Under the pieces are notes generated by a model, which saw only the letters and a list, made by a program, of their open reading frames with translations, was not told the origin of the DNA and searched no databases. A stretch of 32,000 nt of DNA from assembly GCF_000341395.1 (NCBI RefSeq), contig NC_020304.1:2730001-2762000 (forward strand), given 5' to 3'. The translations under genes were made by a program, and so were the position numbers. This DNA comes from Desulfocapsa sulfexigens DSM 10523 (GTDB lineage Bacteria; Desulfobacterota; Desulfobulbia; Desulfobulbales; Desulfocapsaceae). Positions 29,001 through 32,000 of the stretch are shown here, piece by piece; the first letter of the stretch is position 1, and the number at the start of each line of letters is the position of its first letter.

Positions 29001-29390
29001 GGAGCACGTAAAATGGTCCCGGGAGTTAAGAATCAACAAAGGTTTGTGCATGACAGGCTAATGGATTTTCGGACATTTGTTGAGTTTTTTCAGGGACAAG
29101 GTGTACGAATTATCTTAAATTTAGAGGCTATGTGTGCGGAGAGCTATGATAACTTTTCTCCAGATCCTGAACTGTATGACGGCTTGAAAAAAATTGCGGA
29201 AGACACAGGGGTTTCTGTGATAGTTCCGTCAAGTGTAACTGAACAGATTGAAAAAGAGTATCCGCTATGGTGGGACATTGCCCATTTGACGCCATATGGA
29301 CAGCAGGTGATGGCTGAAATACTCTTACCGACAACTGAGAAATTGGTTAATGAAGTGTTAAAGAGCAGCATGTCAGGGAGAGCTTTGTAA
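26040..29390 (+). CDS. Giant (~1116 aa) polytopic membrane protein: N-terminal RIDP module, two jelly-roll-like extracytoplasmic domains separated by TM bundles, C-terminal SGNH hydrolase domain
   Basis: A single uninterrupted ORF; the start is ATG 26040 or TTG 26022. There are about 11-12 hydrophobic segments. The C-terminal SGNH blocks are VRIFVIGGSQAWGSGA, LNAGTNAVG, IIDVGTNDS and WWDIAHLTPYGQ. No AT3 signature is present. Confidence 0.8.
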   Translation: MNLVNSRKNWYRAGVFLFSAIVLLLLYFLSLQGEVTIETDINDRFQIFWSDGTGYYSENNSATEYPVEYLENNTVTRFRTGNLSKIDNIRIDPLFGSGKFKIFSIQISQPGYKTMSFSTQGELKRLMPVNHLSDFQVTENGISAISNGNDPQIMLPFQARLSCFWVLSRLSASLAIVIVAFFVVKSCFKHKNLFAGAIFLANILIVGLLILGWWTSKDNTLFQNGRWTVGKDAGKFVFQTYEFMSAPMSGSGISLTANMGFQEITYKNHDSDTRRLEELSCQVYIGPQAYVWVELEKKDQQMLGVRISRNGEYKSGFYTYSSKGKLVSKQLLQIPKDMLNSSSRIVLSRQNGTWTLAVNDRQMGSSLAIDNKNSTFGFRGCTTGREMYLRNIEMKFVDPVTEKRWVETEDFGPSASKQRSTPWIFVFVSIVLLVKAVRDEVLMNYLPSDKHHRFRLLSQLSLFVPASAALLFFFRDSIYATPFSFLVAELVVVVGFALFFEQEKVHLGTKKWLSVLYVIGILLVSGCSFLVNDTILQSSQRVSNKNLSRIDPGIYITTPQAPPTKVPYVATAPIVIKAGQPFFVPGVFREQVIDLVFSLPEQTTLDIVFEQQGFVTRGDSDGEAIPLQRRLLRLSTKSGVVSGLSTKTGVRSAPFMKINGELLVHANNKVSITVTNKRVKLNLNGVLTTFDQFGLLGFGETGFLTYENSVNLKAVSVTPTELKAGPGNKMYLFMFFVPFVFAFLLFFLFRLAGPVALFPTAILALCSYYPIVVLLTAGMFLPSGSLHFLSDGRLGWLFIMAAAVAVNLFCILIYAKRQIKIPALYANLLSLIVIVAVAGYVYVILPDDNPIKLRFSQNTIAPGDIAHAEEKKHVPWYADNSLIGTNIWVWSQLFGGEKAVPGSGNTKDAVRIFVIGGSQAWGSGAANSDSTFSKLLEKKLLDKKLPVQVLNAGTNAVGLQTITRSNKQLLPIYEPDIIIIDVGTNDSGARKMVPGVKNQQRFVHDRLMDFRTFVEFFQGQGVRIILNLEAMCAESYDNFSPDPELYDGLKKIAEDTGVSVIVPSSVTEQIEKEYPLWWDIAHLTPYGQQVMAEILLPTTEKLVNEVLKSSMSGRAL

Positions 29391-29742
29391 TACGATTCGA
29401 GCATAATAGTGCTGTAACTGTGTAACGGTCCCCCCCGATTCCAGTCATTGTGACCTCTCCACATTGCAATAGTCTGCTTCGAATGGCTAAAAACAATTGG
29501 ACACTTATGGAGGTTTCAAGTATTTTTACTGCAAAATAATGCAGATAGAAAGCATCTCAGCCGCTAAAAAAAATGACCAATGAAATAAGCGGAGCGGCGT
29601 AAGGGGTCGTAACGAAATTGATATAAAAGGCCATGTTATTTCGTAACGGCTCCTAAACAGTTTGTTTAGGAAATTTTCTGTTGCATGGAGTCCTTCGTTC
29701 TGGTCTCTCATTTAGTTTTTTTACTGGGAAAAGGGTACCGTT

Positions 29743-30873
29743 GTGGCAGTGAGTAGCAAGAAGAAAAAAATTGCCTTAAAAGCTGTTTTCAGCCTGGCTT
29801 TTATCTATGTTTTGTTTTCATTTGTACAGGGCAATCAGCTGCTCTTGATGTTTCAGCGGATTAACTGGTTTTACCTGTCCTTGTCTTTGCTGTTAACTCC
29901 GGTCATGATTGCAGTGAGTTGCTGTAAATGGATGATGATTCTGAACGCAGGACAGAATAATGTTCCGTTTTTGACACTGTTTCGCATCTATCTGATTGGG
30001 TATTTCTTTTCCAATATGCTGCCGTCAACGGTTGGCGGCGATGTTGTTAGATCCTATTATACCGGCAAGATTATTCAGGATCAGTCCTATTCGGCAATTG
30101 CCATTTTCATAGAGCGTTTCTCCGGTATTTTCTTTCTTTTTCTTCTCGTTCTCTTTGCACCACTTGTAAAGCCGTCACTCTACTTGAGTCCCTTTGTCTT
30201 TGTTCCAGTTATCGCCTCCCTTATTCTCACTCTCAGTACTCTCTGGATGGCAAAGGTCAAAAAACCGTTTGTTTTTGCCGATGTGATTGTTGCCTCTGGT
30301 TTAAAGGTTTTCAGAAAAACAATGGTACTGTTTGGTAGAAAAGACCCCCAGGTATTCATCGGAACAATTGAAGATCACTATAAAGCATTTATACAGCGGC
30401 TAGAAAAGTTGCATCTCAAGGTGGTCCAGGCATTTGAGACAATCTTTAAAGATAAAATATTATTTTTGAAGTTGACATTTGTTACGGCTCTTTTTTATCT
30501 GCTTACCTGGGTTAATGTGTCTCTTGCGTTACTGGCGTTTGGTGTTAACCATCAGTTTTCCGATATTTGCGCCCTGGTGCCAACTATCCTCTTTGTTGCC
30601 CATTTTCCAGTTACCATTCTCGGGAACCTGGGGTTTTTTGAGTCAGTTTTTGTTTTTTATCTTCTGCTGGTCGATATCCCAGGCAACGGTTCTCTGGCCA
30701 TGGGATTACTTTTACGAATGAAAATGTTGCTTATCGGTATTGTCGGTTTTTATGTTTATCTTGTATATAAACACGCTACGGGGGATGATGCGAAGCAGTT
30801 AGGGGCGGTGGATGAAAAAAAGCACCTAAGCAGTGATGTGAAAAAGGAGTCTCCTGAAAATGATAGTTGTTGA
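29743..30873 (+). CDS. Flippase-like membrane protein (lysylphosphatidylglycerol-synthase TM-region / UPF0104 family)
   Basis: About 8 TM segments and the family motif LIGYFFSNMLPSTVGGDVVRSYY. GTG start at 29743, with 29749 as an alternative. Confidence 0.75.
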   Translation: MAVSSKKKKIALKAVFSLAFIYVLFSFVQGNQLLLMFQRINWFYLSLSLLLTPVMIAVSCCKWMMILNAGQNNVPFLTLFRIYLIGYFFSNMLPSTVGGDVVRSYYTGKIIQDQSYSAIAIFIERFSGIFFLFLLVLFAPLVKPSLYLSPFVFVPVIASLILTLSTLWMAKVKKPFVFADVIVASGLKVFRKTMVLFGRKDPQVFIGTIEDHYKAFIQRLEKLHLKVVQAFETIFKDKILFLKLTFVTALFYLLTWVNVSLALLAFGVNHQFSDICALVPTILFVAHFPVTILGNLGFFESVFVFYLLLVDIPGNGSLAMGLLLRMKMLLIGIVGFYVYLVYKHATGDDAKQLGAVDEKKHLSSDVKKESPENDSC

Positions 30874-31612
30874 AAAAAAATCTATCCAGGAAAAGGTCTC
30901 TGGCAACTCCGGAATGTTTGCTAAATACAGAGTGGCAATGGTTGGTGACGGTGGGAACCTGACTCTTTTCCTGTATGAACTGATTAACTTTTTTTGTACA
31001 CCCGTGCCGGGGATATCGGGTGTTTTGTTTAGGAGATTGTTTTTTCCTCTGCTGCTTGGGAAAATCGGTACAGCTGTTCGTATTTACGAAAACTGCACGA
31101 TACGCAATGGTCGTAATATTGTGCTAGGTGATAATGTTTGTATTGAAAAGGAAGTCACGCTGGACGTGAAACCCGGGGAAAATAAAATTGTACTCGGTGA
31201 TAATGTTATCATAGGAAACCGTGTAATCTTCAATTGCTCTGGTGGTGTGATTTCCATCGGTGACGGGACAGTGGTTGGATCGCATTGTCGACTCGGTTCT
31301 TTACTTGGTAACACGATAGGCTGTCATTGCAGAATAGGCAGAGATAGTTGTATTGTCGGGGCAGGTCATGCCACCGGTGATCTTGAGAAAGCCATCGTTC
31401 GCCAGCCGATAACCTGTAATGGCCCGAGCATTATCGGCGATTATGTGTCAATTGGGGAAAGAGTCACTCTGCTGGATGGGGTCAGGGTTGGTTCACATGT
31501 CACAATCTGTTCCGACTCCCTGGTGCTTCAGGATATCCCTGATAATTGTACTGTTTCAGGAGTCCCTGCAAAGATCATTTCCAAAGAGTCGGTTCAGGGG
31601 AGAAGACTGTAA
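30860..31612 (+). CDS. Hexapeptide-repeat (left-handed beta-helix) acyl/acetyltransferase
   Basis: Repeated [LIV]G-x4 hexapeptides: IVLGDNVCIEKEV, IVLGDNVIIGNRV, ISIGDGTVVGSHC, IGCHCRIGRDS, IIGDYVSIGERV and VRVGSHVTI. The start overlaps the upstream gene by 14 nt. Confidence 0.85.
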   Translation: MIVVEKKSIQEKVSGNSGMFAKYRVAMVGDGGNLTLFLYELINFFCTPVPGISGVLFRRLFFPLLLGKIGTAVRIYENCTIRNGRNIVLGDNVCIEKEVTLDVKPGENKIVLGDNVIIGNRVIFNCSGGVISIGDGTVVGSHCRLGSLLGNTIGCHCRIGRDSCIVGAGHATGDLEKAIVRQPITCNGPSIIGDYVSIGERVTLLDGVRVGSHVTICSDSLVLQDIPDNCTVSGVPAKIISKESVQGRRL

Positions 31613-31651
31613 ACATGGAATGCTTGCTAATATCTCAATTGCAGGTGTGTT

Positions 31652-32000
31652 TTGTTGTATAAATTCCTCCAATGGTGCCCTGGTGCAGTTGGCTTGTTGT
31701 TGAGGCAGAAACTCTATCCGAGGTATCTGAAGAATTGTGGACGCAATGTCCTTTTTGGCAGGTTTGTTGAGTTTGCCAATGCCAGGGAGAAAATCACCAT
31801 TGGCTCCGGAGTGGTACTTAATGATTTTGTGTGTCTCGATGGTGGTGATCCATCGGATTTTGATTCCCCTCTGATCATAGAGGACAACGTATTTATTGGT
31901 ACTGGGACCACGGTTAAAGTAACGGGTGGTAGTATACGTATTGGTGCCGGCACAAACATCGGAAGTGATTGCCTCGTACAGTCTGATCTACCAGTTGTGT
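31652..32000 (+). CDS. Second hexapeptide-repeat acyltransferase, 3' end outside window; start uncertain (no in-frame ATG)
   Basis: Hand translation of the frame containing 31700: ...LLYKFLQWCPGAVGLLLRQKLYPRYLKNCGRNVLFGRFVEFANAREKITIGSGVVLNDFV...IIEDNVFIGTGTTVKVTGGSIRIGAGTNIGSDCLV. It parallels FLYELINFFCTPVPGISGVLFRRLFFPLLLGKIG of the preceding gene. The frame opens after TAA 31628-31630, and only TTG codons (31652, 31655) are available as starts. Confidence 0.7.
   Translation, partial: MLYKFLQWCPGAVGLLLRQKLYPRYLKNCGRNVLFGRFVEFANAREKITIGSGVVLNDFVCLDGGDPSDFDSPLIIEDNVFIGTGTTVKVTGGSIRIGAGTNIGSDCLVQSDLPVV

Noticed and set aside
29526-29711. 61-aa minus-strand ORF in the 352-bp gap
   Set aside because: It has no RBS and no recognisable family, and it lies in repeat/hairpin-containing non-coding DNA. 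I cannot fully exclude it, but there is no positive evidence.
31419-31703. 94-aa + strand ORF overlapping the end of the first hexapeptide acyltransferase
   Set aside because: It is out of frame with the acyltransferase for most of its length. Only its last ~28 codons are unique, and they show no similarity to the paralogue's N-terminus.
31714-31959. 81-aa minus-strand ORF
   Set aside because: It is antisense to a clear hexapeptide-repeat acyltransferase frame on the + strand. Beta-helix repeat DNA commonly leaves the opposite strand open.

Overview
Nearly the whole window is one co-directional (+ strand) surface-glycan locus of O-antigen/EPS/capsule type, covering both biosynthesis and decoration. 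Many genes are translationally coupled through overlapping stop/start codons: ATGA at 10299 and 13339, TAATG at 20411-20415, TGATG at 20869-20873. All protein-family calls rest on motifs I recognise by eye; no searches were run.

Gene order, left to right:
- The acetamidino-sugar trio: an N-acetyl sugar amidotransferase (5' end outside the window), a HisF-like gene and a HisH-like gene. The HisF-like frame is broken inside an A11 tract.
- Two unassigned proteins.
- A complete IS4-family insertion on the minus strand, with 18-bp perfect inverted repeats and a 9-bp target-site duplication.
- Three GT4-type and two GT2-type glycosyltransferases, plus a stand-alone protein made of four 38-aa tandem repeats.
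- A HAD-fusion protein.
- A decoration block at about 15.4-29.4 kb: a GT-C-like membrane protein, a split AT3 acyltransferase + SGNH hydrolase pair, a set of SxtJ-like protein, carbamoyltransferase and a 54-aa DUF5989-like ORF missing from the ORF track, a fused AT3-SGNH protein, and a roughly 1116-aa polytopic membrane protein ending in an SGNH domain.
- A flippase-like (LPG-synthase-TM type) protein and two hexapeptide-repeat acyltransferases; the second runs off the 3' end.

Most interesting observations:
1. A roughly 130-aa extracytoplasmic module with R[IL]DP and DPQ[FI] motifs recurs in four otherwise different membrane enzymes.
2. The giant protein attaches an SGNH domain to a non-AT3 membrane scaffold and carries two related jelly-roll-like domains.
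3. A second, frameshifted DUF5989-like mini-gene is hidden at the 3' end of the AT3-SGNH gene.
4. Two frameshifts fall in A-runs; they are either contingency tracts or assembly errors.

I saw no rRNA, tRNA, CRISPR array or phage/defence hallmark genes.
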